The translations under genes and the position numbers were made by a program. Shown piece by piece: positions 1 to 14,016 of a stretch of 64,000 nucleotides of DNA (its first letter is position 1; each line of letters opens with the position of its first letter). Source of the stretch: Nymphaea colorata (Eukaryota). The stretch is taken from the NCBI RefSeq assembly GCF_008831285.2, contig NC_045138.2, positions 26,784,001-26,848,000 of the forward strand. The letters run 5' to 3'. Below the pieces are notes generated by a model. The model searched no databases. It had not been told where the DNA came from and saw nothing but the letters and a program-made list of their open reading frames with translations.

Positions 1-124
1 TCTGGTAATCTGAAAAACCTGAAAGAAATAAAGGAACACCTTCACGCCGTCCATTCTGTATCGTACTTCTGTCAGCTGAATCATATATATTTCACTACTT
101 TGATCACTATCTGATTATCTGCAG

Positions 125-165
125 ACTGTCCTGCTGATGATGAAAAGACTGGAACGATGCTGTGA
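125..165 (+). CDS. Possible terminal exon of a gene entering from the left edge
   Basis: GTAATC donor at 5 and CTGAT...TGCAG acceptor ending at 124 give a 120-nt intron. The phase-1 reading is (D)CPADDEKTGTML*. No recognisable homology. Confidence 0.2.
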
Positions 166-2848
166 ACGTATTAACTAGTGAAGAAAGAACTTTAAAGTCG
201 GGGCAGAGAAATGAAACCAAACAACGAAGACATCTATTTAGTTATGTTTTAATTTCTTTTTCCATGCTAACTAGAAGAGCAGACTGTGAGCTGACTACTC
301 TATTTGGGTTCATATATGGATGCCATGAACATATTTATGTGACAGAAGACTAAGTGATTATGCCTCAATATTTGATTAGTACAGTTAGCGTAATTAAGCT
401 CATAAAATCGTCAACATAGTAGAACCATGCATTATTTCATAAGAGAACGTATCATAGACAATTTAAAATATCTTAAGCATTATATATAAAAATGCGAATG
501 AGCGACTGGAAAACACTGGATCTATTTGTTTTCGAGTCAGTGCTGATTGGTTGATCACTGGATCTATTTGTTTTCGAGGCATTTTTATATATAATGCTTA
601 GTTTGAGATTCTGTATTTCTTAACTAATTATGGGTTCATTTGTTAAGCTGTCCTCCAAACATGACGAGAAGTTTACTTATCAAACTTGAATCTTTTGAAA
701 TTCTATGATGTCCTCTTGAGTGGTCTCTAAATATATTACGTGAATGTTTATGTATCCATGCCATTAATCTATCTATGCATCTGGGCGAGCGGTTTGGGCA
801 ATGTACAAGGCATGCATCAAACAATATTGAACGGTTCATCAACTCTGACTCATTCTACTTCTTATGGCAGTTCTTGGAAGAGATGATCTACAATAATTGG
901 AAGGATCTAAATAGTCATGGTCCCCTTTAAGTTCCATCTACTGAAGCCAAAACCTTTCATCACCTAAGATGAAAATTGCAAAAGAACTGAGCTTGTCACT
1001 CAAAGTTAAAGAATCAGCAGTTTCGTTTGCGTATAATTTCCTGTCTTTTCCGGTCTATGAGATGATCTTTGACTTTGAGGGTTTAAGGGGAAGCTAGCCA
1101 TGTCCACCGTCGTAGATAATTAATATACTATTTTCAAGTGAATAGGAGGTTCACAATCTACTGCCCATAAGAGGCTCAACCCCATTCCCCCTTCTTATAG
1201 TGTCCATGGCTGCATTGAAGCCTAGATAAGCAGCGGACCACCTTCAAATCAACTCGATTTGGAATTCTATTTTTATGGTTCTAGCACCCATAAGAATACA
1301 CGATCTACATGTACCATGTACCAACCAGCCATCCTACGGCCTTTGAAGCTAAAGAATGTATTATTTGAGATAAATTTTCAGTACTTATGTGTTTTTTTAA
1401 CTGGTAAATTAATTCGAGGACTACTCTTAAGGCTGTCATTTTGACTGATTCTAAGAGAGTGGCATTAGAAAAATTGTGAAAACAAGTTCACATCAAAATG
1501 TCAGCTCATATTAGATCAAAAAGAAAAAAATCATGAAGATCGATCCATATCAAACCGCCGACATTGTCATGATGATGAGTAAGACGTAAGCCAGTATTCT
1601 CATGACAAACAGCAAGGTTATTCATTAGGATATGAATGAGCAGCACGACAGAAAGTTGACTAGAAAGTAAGTCTTTCGTTCACGATCTCTTTCAAGTGCA
1701 GTTTCAATTCCATATAAAATTCACTCCACGCATGTGCATGAGCTGGATCCTTTATTTGTGCCATCAGTTTTACTCCAGCTACATTATCAGTGTAAAACAC
1801 ATATTGAAATTAAAGATATGCCTTTCCATTTTAGTAACATAACATAGAATAGAAGATTATATGTAAATAAGTAGTATATACGAGTCTGTGGAGACAATTG
1901 ACCACATAAGTCTACATGTGTCTTCACCACCACCGTTGTATGCATGTATAAAGGCAGCTGCCCCCCAGACAGGCAAGCCCGTATTCAACAGTGGGGCCAG
2001 GTCCTGGTACATGGGAGCGTTGAACCTGGCCTAAAACTCTTTGAATGCTAGCTCTTTTATGATTTGGAGTCATGGTCAAAGATATTTAGTGTCACTTAGC
2101 TAAAAAATAATTTCTGGTTTGGATGTTGTACTTTGGACATGTCAACCTAATTAGGAAGAAAAATAGACATTATTTCCTGGAAACTGGATTTTGCAAACAA
2201 ATGTTTAGATAGAAAACTAAACGAGAGAGAGAGAGAGAGAGAGAGAAGAAGAACGTTAACACAAGTCCAACAAAACGTTGAACCTCAGAAAAAGGTTACA
2301 TCTAAGACTAACTTTTAATTCTTGTAAGAAGTTGAAGATACTAACATTCCTATATAAATTATGAAAAATTAGCTAGGCATCATACAAAGTGGAGGATGTC
2401 ATGCGCTGAACTGTGACAACCTCATTCTTACAAATAATATCATTTTTAAAGTTCCAAATGACCTACCAAAACATAAACAACCAAATCTCTAAATGGTACA
2501 CCATTTATTTTTGTCTCTCATTCTAATTGGTCCATGATTAGGTCCCGAATTGGAGATATATTAGTGACTTCAATAAGGGGTATAAACTACGTAAATACAT
2601 AAAGATCTTAATACACTCGACAAAACCAAAACAAGTGGAGTGATAGTTTTTTTAGCACAACAACATAATAGACATTGCTCACAAGGTAAAAATCAGACCT
2701 TCTGAGGTTACTTTGAATCTGAATGTAGTCCAACATAACAAGTTAGGCAGAAGTTTTGGATCTCCGAGTAGGACCCCTAGTCCAAAGGAAATGATGAGGG
2801 AAGCTGTAAGCACTATGTACAAAGAAGTGCCTTTTTTCTCGTGCCCAT

Positions 2849-2892
<44 letters not shown>

Positions 2893-5800
2893 TTGGAATC
2901 AGTCTCAAAACAAAAGGACCAAGAGATGAGGTGATTCGGTTGTCGAAAAATTAGAAAAAGGTCGTCGGAGTTTGCTTCTTCTTACTTGACATGCTACTTG
3001 CTGGGCAGCGTCGGTGGCTTCCTCTGCCGGTATCCATATTGTCGTTGACTTGCTGCAGGCTGCCGGAAAAGGTGTTGGAGTCATCTGCTTTCCTGACCGT
3101 CACGAGGGAGAAGCCGAGGGTGGCCCCTACATTCCGCGGAGGAGATCTGCTTGGCAAATAATTGGAAGGATGTGAGGTCTGAGCTACAAGTGTCAATCTG
3201 AACACAAGTGGACCTCTGTTTGAAGTTGCTTCATCCCCTCTACGTTGAGACTCTTAGTGGAGAGAGAGATGAGATGCAGATTTGTATCTGAATTTAATTA
3301 CATCCAAACAAAAGAAAAATGTTGATGCAACTTCAAGCTTATTAAATTTCAAATACGACTATAAGGATATACAATATATCCTTATAATATATATAGTAGT
3401 TAGAACAAGGGGCATGGATCTATGGAGAAAAGAAATAATCATGCCAAACGGAGTTAAGACCCAGACTGGCTATAAATTGAGCTATGATGGTGTTTGTGGA
3501 AGTCAAGATAATCTGATTCCATAGAAACGTGAACTGAGCCAGACCGAGCTAAAACGCGGTGTTAATTAATTAACCTTCGGCCTGGTTAGGGCACATGACC
3601 CACCTGTATAGCTCAGTTCGCTGACTGATTTAATGATTCTAAAAGAACTTTACCTAAAAGAGGTTGATCGGATCCTTTCCGAGTACTGCGTGCAGGATGA
3701 AGTTAGAAATTTTTCATAAGGGAGGCCGAACCATATTTCCAAAATTTTGACATGATCTGAAATATAGCTTCCCAAAATTTTACATAGTTTAAACGATTTT
3801 TTTTTTCAAAATTACATATAGAATTTTCAAGAAAAGTTATATTAAGGGGGCCATGGCCCCTGTCAGCAGCCCCTGTTTCCGCGTGCACCTTGAATCTAAC
3901 TAATCCGAACACCAATGGACTGAAACTCGACCACACATGGATAAGTTTGTCTCCGATTATTTTGAAAGTCTCAAAATATGGAGGCATGCATGTTTGTAGA
4001 GTGAATTGGAATCGTACAGGCATGTTTATGGTGAGACAAGTTATCTGGCCTCAAGAGTTATGAACAGTACTGGGTTGCCTTTGAGGGAAAAAAATTTTCC
4101 AACACCCATGTGCACCCGACAATCCAAAGACAAGCGAGGCAGCTAAAATTGCTCTTTATTTGAAAATAAAACACCATACTTAATAATTTTGTAGTTTTAT
4201 TTGAGCTCAAAAAAGTACATTTTTTCAAGTAGTCTCATGCAACCAGGGAGGCAAAGTGGCTCACAAAGTTTGAATCCCGTGGTCAGCTTGCTACTCTTTT
4301 AGGCTGCAAACAATGACAAGTGGGACACCAAAGTTGAAGAATGTATCGTAAGCCTACCCAGACTCCAAAGCAAGCAAGAACTTTAAAGACATAAGGGTTT
4401 GACCTTTGAGTTCTACACGGAAGATGGTTTCCCTTAAGTAAACACAAAAAATTACATTCTTCAAATTGAAAACACAAATTTTAACCATTCACTCGTCTCT
4501 GCATGAACGTATTATGTCACATTTGAATTTATGTAAAATCATAAAGGCAAACACATGATCGATGGAGACTAGTTTTGGGAAGTATGAATTAAAAAAATTT
4601 ATTGCTGAAGATGGAGGCTAGCTTTGGGAAGAGGCCTAATTAAGAAGAGTGGAGAAAAGCAGTTTTTTTCTGGTGGGCTGGAAGCCTTACATCCACGAGA
4701 GACCATGGACAGTTGTCCGAACGAATGCGCCCATGCCGATGGTCCCGTTCTATTTATGAAAAGAGGAGGAAAAGAAAGAACACTTGGACGCAAAAGGTGG
4801 TAGACTATGAAGTGAGACTGTGATGAAAAGGTTGGGACCTCTGTTATTAACTTCGCCAACTAAGTAGAAACTCAACTTCATAATTGTCTTCCTATCTTAT
4901 AAATATCTCATATACACGAAGAATGTGTGTGTGCGTTTAAGTTTAAGAGAGAGAGGCTGACTGAGTGAGAGTCCATAGGACTAATCCTCGTTATATTTTG
5001 GTATCTTTCATTAAATTAATTTTTATTCAAAACCGAAAAGTATGTCTATACATTATAAACTTATATTTTATATATTTTTGTACACTTTTTATTTTAAATA
5101 TAATATTTTTTTATAGTAAATAACTTTATTTATTTTTCTTTAAAATCAGGTGGGACCGGGTTGGGCCGAGCCTAGGTCTTGCTAATAGAAAGATGCATCA
5201 ATTTCTCGCCTGCGACTCGCTGAAGTAAGAGTAATCAGTGAGCTACATTTAGGGAATGGAAGATTCTTTTTCTTAATCAAACGCATCTATGATTTCTTAA
5301 CTCTATATTACCGAAGGTCATGAGGCAATTATATCTTTCACCAAGGCTACATAAGGTCAGACCAGTTTATGCCATTATCAAGGCTTTAAAAGCTCTTCTT
5401 GACTCTTGCATGTGAGATTCAAAAAATTAAAGGCCGTGTACTTCTGGTAGTTGTGTAAGTTGGGGTCTTCTGTGGTTGTGACTAAGGAGAAGTTGGTGCA
5501 TGCGCCGCTTGGCACACGCAACACATATACACCATAAGAAAAATGAGATATTTTTTAAATTATCAAAAAATAAATGTTCTTTTGAGTCTTTTCACGGTTT
5601 TCAATTTTTTTTTACAAAAAGTTTTCTTTTTCTATTCACCACAAGCATTTTTGTCACAAACCACACGAAGTTTTCATGCACAGTAAAACGTATATAACCG
5701 GCTTCGGTGACCAAGAACTGCTGAATTGAACGCAGACTGTGTTCAGTTACTCTCAACAAGGTAATATTTACAAGATAGTCAGTGTTCCACGGTAGTTTGT

Positions 5801-6154
5801 GTTTAATTTCTTTTGATTGCACCATTAGTTTACTTTTCTTTGAATTGGGTGCCCCTGCTTCCCTCTCACCCTCAGAGTCCAAGGCTGTTTTGGAACCTAA
5901 GTGAATAGCACGATAGTACATCCAGAGTTTGTTGTCAACAGGAGTAGTACCTACGAAAATTAAACTGGTGACCTAGCTTTTACCAATATATATAAATTAA
6001 ACTAGCAACAATTAAACATGAGAAAATTTGATAAAGCAAAAGATGATAATAATCAAACAATAAATTCACATAATTATAGGTGTTTTATTAGTTTAAACCC
6101 CATGTTTATATTGTTTTAAGTGTTGTTAGAAGTTTCGTCAAACCGATTTGGAGT

Positions 6155-6191
<37 letters not shown>

Positions 6192-6585
6192 ATGTGTAAA
6201 GTGATTCCTAACTGTATTGTTTTGTTACTGTGGGGGCAAAACGTTATTTTCCACATAAGTGCTCGTAATGTAACCGGCATTGCTTGCGATGGCGACTCTC
6301 GACAACCAGAGCGGAGGGCCAAGATATTGAAGTATTTTAGGGATCTGATTTGGCAGATGATATGATGTTATCCTGTGCTTCTCATAGTTGGCTACCTTTC
6401 ACGTGAAGAGTTAGTTCACAATTTCCTTAGAAACACTTTTGTAGCTTCAGTATATATTAAACTCCACCATCCAGTACCGTCCACAATCAATGTTCTTGCA
6501 CTGTGAAATGTACCATAACGCTATCAATCTTAGCTCAGCACCATTATTATCATTACTACCCCAAGATCATCAACTTCACAGACAC

Positions 6586-6596
6586 ATATATATAAA
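6586..6596 (+). promoter_or_regulatory. Probable TATA box of HDA2
   Basis: ATATATATAAA about 70 nt upstream of the ATG, followed by a CT-rich 5' UTR. Confidence 0.45.
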
Positions 6597-6661
6597 TTCA
6601 TCTCCTATATTGAGGCAGAATTCCCATCCTTTTTTCTCTTCTCCTCCTCCTCCTCCCTGCG

Positions 6662-9661
6662 ATGGCAATGGCTAACCATTCCTCTTCCTCTTCGTCGTCT
6701 TCGTCCAGGGTCGAAAGTCTTCGCAGCGAGCGCATCTATTCATCCAAACTATACTTTGATGTCCCACCCACCAAGGTATAAGATCGTTCAGCTGTCCTCA
6801 TTTGTTAGTTTGTTGTTTTGGAAGTGAAGAGTCTCATAGTAAAAGTATTAGTCTTGCTAGTCTATATTTCCTAAAGGGTGCACTGTGGACAGCCCTCGGT
6901 GCATGACATGTGTTCCCTTTGGCCACATGAGCATGTGTATGATACACAGGTGAAAAAGCCTGTGTACATAGTGCAACTTTGCTCAATTTGGCCAATTTGG
7001 CATTTCAGTAAGATCTTGGATGTAGTTCATCTGTCTAAAACTAGTTTACCTCTCTTGCAATCTTTTTGCTCGTAAGTTTTATATATCTTGCATGATACAC
7101 AGCAAAGTAGTTGACTATATTGACCATGTGTTGTGCACATTATTTTTTCAGCATGATATGTTTAATCACGTGTTCTCCTTGAGCTTTGAAGTTGTGAAGT
7201 AAATCTTCTCAAGAAATGTATTATTTTCCCACGAACTTATGCTCCATATGCGCCTCACTCATAGATTGTTATGTGCGATCCCATTAGAGGACACATTTTC
7301 CTTAGAATCCCTTCAATAATTGTTTCATAACAGCAGTTGTGCGTTGCATGTTGCTCTTTTGGGCTGGATGGTTCTAGAAAAGTTGCACCATCAAAATGCC
7401 TCTTCTCTAGAACTTCATCATTCTTCTCTTTTCGACAAGGCAATTAGCTAGAAATTGCGTAGATTATGTTAAAAAAGATAACATAATTAAACCATCTTAT
7501 AATGGTCATTATGTCCCCCATTATTGTTCTAAATCCTTTTTAACATTCATCTCCTTTTCTATCTATATATCTAGCAATCTTGATGTGTATTAATGTTTGA
7601 CATAATATGTTGTGAGCGCAGGTTCCCATCATCTACTCCAAATCCTACCGTATCTCGCTCTTGGGTTTCGAAAGAATGTAAGTGGACGGCTGCTCCACTT
7701 ACCCCACCGCGTTTGATTCTCAAGTTTGTTAATCCTTCATTAATTAACGCATTTAATCTAGGGAAGTGAATTAAGTTTTGCTTAAGTTATATTTGACAAG
7801 TTTCTAGGATTGTATTTGAAAGGTCACTCTTGAATCTAAACAAATGAAAAAAAAGGGATAAATTTGTTCTTTTACCTGCTTTGGCATTTTAACCCGTTAT
7901 AAACGCTTTTAATTAGGCGGTTTTGCATTCTGTGAGAAGGAAAAGTCACATCTTTCAATTTCAATGTCATTTTTAAAGAGTTTTATGTTTGTAAATAAAT
8001 TGAAACTGAATGAGACTGTTGAATGGGTACGTTGCGCCATGAAAATGAGCGGTTGGTCCTGCCTTTACATCACACGGGATTCATCTCCTTTTCGACAAAG
8101 TAAAAAAAATTTGTTTCATCTTTTTCTTCTTTCATAATAAATGACATGCAATACGTTTTCATAGTAGTCCCCATCTTCCTTGCCACTTTCCAAAGTTTAC
8201 GTTTCTCCTTTTAACCTTTTATTTTATGTAATTTTTTTATGTTTACTATACACAAAATGTAAACATGTTTGTGAATATATTTTTACAAGTACCAAACTTG
8301 CTTCGACTTTCATTTCATGAAAATAATAAAACATTGGAATCTTTATTATCAAAATCTAGTGGTAATAAGAGCAATTAGCTTCTTAATGATTGATAAAGGG
8401 CCGGGAACCTATCTATAATTATTCGAAATTTAATTTTCTATAAATTTATTCTAAAAATCACTTTCATAATTTATTGAAAGAAATTTGGTTTTTGTTCCGA
8501 GATGTGATCTGATTGCTTTCTGATTTTGGTCAACAGCTCTGGGATCAAGATCCAATTTTGTTGTGGTCCAGATTCAGAATTAAATGCCAACAGATTTAGA
8601 TCTGAAGAACCTTGATCCATATCTTGTTCAAGAAAAAAAATGCCAGAAAGTGAATAGTTAACTGGACTAATTTTTTTTTGCTTAATTAATCTTAATCACC
8701 TACGGGCAGTGAAACTATACCAATCACCTTATAAGAGTAATATGTGGGTTAAGTTAATAACTTCACAGATGTTACTACTTTCATTAATTAAGTTCATTTT
8801 TTAAAAAATTTTTCTTGAAGATTTTCATCTTATTGTTTCTTTTATTCCACATTAAGTCGCTCTCCTGAGCCCTTTTTTCTTCATCTTAATTCCGCCATTC
8901 TTCTTCAATTGATCAAGGCACCTGTTCGATTGTTGCAAAGGAGCCCGTATATGCCGATTCCTCATTGAAGAAGGGATTCTGAGCAAAACCCAAATCGTAA
9001 AGCCGGTTTCGGCTTCCAAAGATGATCTTCTTGTGGTAAAGTTCATTTGCCCATGATTCATGAATCAATGTCAGTCTTTTTTTTTGTTTTTCTCTCTTGA
9101 TCGTTCTTTGAAATAGTCATAAGAAGATCTCTGCTTTTTTACTATCCCTTCATTCAATTATTGATCGGTTATGAATTTGGTTATCTGATCAAGGTGCATT
9201 CGAATGCATATCTCAAGAGCCTGAAGAAGAGTGCGAATGTGTCTGAAATAATTAAGGTAAGGTTTGAGTCACATTGCTGCTTGAATATGTTCTGATGTTG
9301 GTCATAATCTGAATTAGGATGCTTAATTTGATGGCTTATGAATGTTAGCATGGATCTAATTTCACCACATTGGTAAAAAAATTGTCATATCATACTTAGA
9401 TTTAATGACAATTGATTGGTAACCTACTGTTTGCACATCAGATTTCAGCAGTTTCTCTTCTTCCAAACTACATTGTTCAACAGCGGATCCTACGCCCACT
9501 GCGCAAGCAGGTACAATATTTTCAAAAGCCACATCATGCGATCATAGTTACTTCTGGAGAAAAAAATAATTCACCACATAATACAATGTTATGTGAATCT
9601 GCTGCCAGCAATCTTTAGGGCAGATGCATAAAACAGTATGTTACTGTTTCCATTGCCAGTA

Positions 9662-9695
<34 letters not shown>

Positions 9696-12379
9696 TGACC
9701 AAAAATTTGAAAGAACATTAATATGTAAAAGCAAACCTTTTGTAGGGCTGTGTGGGCAACTGCCCCCACGAGCCTGCATGTGGTTCGGCCACTGCCTTAG
9801 TGTTGGAAGATGCCGTGAGCTAGAATTGGTCGTAGATTGTTGAACATGAGTTATCACAGGTGGGTGGTACGGTTCTGGCAGGGAAGCTGGCGAAGGAGCG
9901 AGGTTGGGCCATCAACGTTGGCGGTGGTTTTCACCACGGCTGCGCAGAGAAAGGCGGTGGATTCTGTGCATACGCAGACATCACACTTTGCATCCGTTAT
10001 GCATTTCAATGCCTAAATATTACCAGGTAGAACCCCCTTCAATATTTCACAATTTCATGTATTTAATTACTCAAACAAAATTTTTGATCCAATGTTTTAA
10101 AAAAAGAATACAAAAAAAGTATACCTGATGAAATTATTTATTCACTTAATTGGATTTATGGAACTGGATTTGGACTTGAATTCATTGAGGCCTATAAGAT
10201 CTGACATTTCCATGCAATTGAGTCAAATCTTTGTGGAATCCCAGTTGGGTATTGGACCTGGATTCATGATTGGTTGTGAAACTGCATGCTCGATCCAAAT
10301 CTCAGTTGCCAATCGGATCTGGATTTTTTTTTACCAAATCCAACAAAACATATTTGAAATCGAATCAGTAATAAGATGCATTTAAATCCCTCGTTGAAAG
10401 ACAGGAAAAAATGTTATTCAATATCGACCCCAATATTTATAACTCATTTTTAAACGTTTTATTTGTCTTTGATATTTTGAAGGGCGATGATTATAGATCT
10501 TGATGCCCATCAAGGGAATGGTCATGCAACAGATTTTGCAGATGACGGTATTCCCTGACCCTCTTAAATTAAGTTACTAAATATATAATGTCTCTTATCT
10601 TTGTTTCTAACATAAATTGATCTTTCTGCTTTGTACAGGAAGAGTTTACATACTTGACGTGTATAATAAAAACATATATCCACGAGTAAGCTCTCGAGTT
10701 CAATGCCGTAATTCCGTTCTTTTCCTTTTGAAGTTTGGGTTTTTTCTTCTTTTCCTGTTTGTAATTTACAGAATATAACTTTTTTTGTGATCTAATTTGT
10801 TTTAGGATTATGAAGCAAGAAAGCTTATTAATCAAAAGGTTGAGCTGGTGGTAAGCCTTCTCTCTCATGGCCAAGTCTTTAGAACAAATGCGTTGAAAAT
10901 AATTCTTTAGTTCAATTCGATGGATTATGCATGTCATTTTAAACAGTCTCTGAGATATTATTATCCGTAATCAGAATATGTTACGCTTCTTCTTTTTATT
11001 CCATGAAAATGTTTGGCAAATTTTATATTCTTTGAATTAGCACTTGAAGGACCAATATTTACGATACTGAAAGTATTCCCCTGCTTTGATCTTGGAACTT
11101 TCAACATCTTATCACAAGCTCTGTGGCAAATAAAAAAAACATTCATAAAGAAAAAAGATTTAAAATTCAGCATGTTGTGCATTTTTAGCATTATTATTGC
11201 CATGTAATTGCATGTTATGAGCGTTTCATTGTATACGTTAAATATACATGGATTTTATTGAAAATTGCAGAGCGGAACAACAACCGAGAAATATCTTGAA
11301 TGTCTTGAAAATGCACTTCAGGTATGCTTGTTTTTATCTTTTGTTTCTTTCAATCAACAATATTGTCTTTCTTCTTCTACAATATTATTATTATTATACA
11401 CAAGCATACACGCAGAAGCATTTTTTGTGTGGATTATAAAATATGATTTCCTTTAGGCCGCAGAAAGGGCATTTCATCCGGAGCTAGTGGTCTACAATGC
11501 TGGAACGGATATCTTGGATGGCGATCCCTTGGGAAGACTAAAGGTGAGCATTTTTCTGTATGTTATTTGAATTTAATATGATTTATAACTAAGAAAAATT
11601 TCTTTCTTTGGGATTTCAGCCATAAACTTATATCTATTTTAACATTCACCAAATTTAAGATAATTTTTTTTTTTTAACCGTTGTTTTATTGTAGAAAGTG
11701 GAGAACAGAGATTCAATTTGTAGAAATTCTGACATCAAGGTGTGTTTGGATGACACCCTCATAAAAACTTGTTTTCAAAAATTGGTTTTGTGAAAAAATA
11801 AAAACAATTTTTTAGCCATTTTTTAAAGATTAGTTTGTGCTGTTTAGGCCTTTCATTTATTTAACTGTAGTTTATTTAATGAGTTTACCTTGTAATTACC
11901 TTTATAGAGATTCATTGTAATTGCAAGTACATAACGATACGAACAAGATTTACATTTGTAGATAACATCACGAGACATTTTTGGCTTGTATCATTTTGCA
12001 AGTAATCTGCCCTTAATATTTTGGATTTTAGATCCAGATTTCTAAGCGCAAGCTCAAATTTGATCCTTTTAAACCTGTTCGTGCAGGTCACCCCGAACGG
12101 GATCATTGCTAGAGATGAGAAGGTGTTTAAATTTGCAAGACGAAGAAACATACCACTTGTGATGCTTACCTCAGGTTACCCTTTTTTTTCTTTGGTTCCT
12201 TTACATTTTATTTGATGAAATAAAAAAACGCATTAAAGTTGTTCCTTTTTTTTTATGGTGCAGGTGGTTACTTGAAGTCAAGTGCTCGAGTTATAGCAAA
12301 TTCTATAAAAAATCTAAAAGCAAAAAATTTGATTGATCTGGAGATGTCTGAAAGCAAAGTGTCTGGTCAGTTTGTGTAA
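6662..12379 (+). CDS. HDA2: Histone deacetylase 2 (RPD3/HDA1 class IV, HDAC11-like), 13 exons, ~361 aa
   Basis: Exons 6662-6775, 7622-7677, 8918-9035, 9194-9256, 9442-9510, 9860-10026, 10483-10547, 10639-10685, 10806-10850, 11271-11321, 11457-11543, 12087-12174, 12264-12379. All introns are GT-AG and the total of 1086 nt is in frame. Translation includes SSKLYFDVP, ERGWAINVGGGFHH, GGGFCAYADI, IIDLDAHQGNGH, YNAGTDILDGDPLG and MLTSGGY, matching plant HDA2. Confidence 0.95.
11737..11840. mobile_element. Tourist-like MITE left portion in HDA2 intron 11; the right portion is retained in copy 2 at 16597-16819
   Basis: Terminus GGTGTGTTTGGATGACA at about 11739. The complementary terminus TGTCATCCAAACACT is at about 16804-16818. 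Both share internal TTTTGTGAAAAAATA. Confidence 0.55.
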
Positions 12380-14016
12380 CTTACAATCTCAGGCACTACT
12401 TGCATTTTGTGTAATTCTTGTTTTAGATTTAAGAGGAAGGAGTTCCTTAAAAGTTCGAGGACTTCTTCTGGAATATTATCTCGTAAGAGAGCATTGTGGA
12501 GCACCTTCTTTGGGTGATCTTTATAAACCAATTCAATGTTCAAATAAATCCTCATATTCTACACTTCATCTTGTATTCTCTTGTTTATGTATCTTGGACA
12601 TAATCTGTCCATGAGTTAATGGCATGGTTCCATCAATGACATGTTGTGTTTCTTTTCTCAAATAGCTTTTCCCAAGAGAAGAAAGAGTGGCTGACCCATG
12701 AAATAATTTTCCAGATTGGTCTACAACCTGATTGTATTGACTAGAAAGCGAGTTCAAGCAGAAGGGCTATGTCAATATGAGATTGGTATCAGTGAGGATT
12801 TTTCATGATGAACTGTTCAGTCTAATCTCTTATTCTTCCTCATTTGTTTAAATTTGGCTGCTGTGTCAAGCTGGATCACTTGCAATTGCAGATAAGAAGA
12901 ATGAAATTGAACAGAGAAGTGTTGTCTAGAAGCAGGAAATAATAGAACTGTTATGCTCAAAATTTCTGTTGGATCCAAACAGATGACAGCAGTAGCCATT
13001 CATAATGTTCATCACAGAGGAACCTAACTAGGGGTGCATCACGTCAGGGAAAGAAATAACAATAACTAGCTTCCAAAAGATATCAAATCAACAAGGTTGA
13101 GCAATGCCAATTAAACAACTTTACCTGTGGATTTCAAACTTCAGATTTGCCAAACTGCTGATAGTGATTCTTCCTTGAAATCCAGGTGCCCACCTAGACG
13201 GCTATTCTATAGCCTAACTTCAGACCATCACACACATTTGTCATGTGCATGACTAAACTCGTCCTCTAACATGCAGGACTCCATATTTAGTACATTTCCA
13301 ATATACTTCTTTCTCAAATTATTAGGAAAAGTTTTTCATTCAGAAACCCAGCACTTGATCATAATCCCAAAAATGGACCTCATATTCTGAATTCGGCCTC
13401 TGTTTTTGCTTTTATCTCATGCCTTTAGTGCAGTTATCAGCAAAAGTTGAGCCCGTATTAGAAGAGCACTGAAATGAGATGCCTGTCTTCAGGTTTACAA
13501 CCAAAAGTTGGGACCTGCAAACCGGGAAGTTCCAATTTTTAATTGTAAGCTCTTCCCAGCAGTCACCCAGTACAGATCCTTATGCCATGTCCTCCTGTAC
13601 CAATACATCTGTGAATGGTCTTATCATTCCCCCTCAAGTTGATTTTGGTGTCAAAAGGAACAAGCTTAATCTTGTTGACACCAAGAAATGGTAGTTGTCA
13701 GGAAGAAGATACCGTAGCCTACCTAAATCCTCAAACAGAAATGACCCAAGCACCCGTATATTAAGGTATTCTAGCCACCAAAATTCGTCGGAATCGTGGG
13801 GTACTTCAGTCATGTTCAAGATCAAGAACTTGCTGGGTGCCTGACCACTAGCCAAATGCAGAGGGATCCGATCATTTCGATATAGATAAGAAAGCTCCAA
13901 CGCTCTCAGATTGCTTGTCCAGTTGATGCCTGTTATAAGATTTCTAGCTCTGTATATCAAGATCAATTAGTCCTCATCTCTTTTGAGTATTATGTGAATT
14001 TTGCAGTTGGAGAATA

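Noticed and set aside
2951..3205. GC-richer minus-strand 84-aa ORF
   Set aside because: Non-ATG start, no recognisable domain and no convincing splice partners.
3531..3620. Short nested inverted repeats (GAACTGAGC/GCTCAGTTC) suggesting a structured RNA
   Set aside because: Stems of only 9-10 bp, no known miRNA or snoRNA motif; compatible with TE debris or chance.
12785..12793. TGGTATCAG PBS-like motif
   Set aside because: Partial match with no adjacent LTR or gag.
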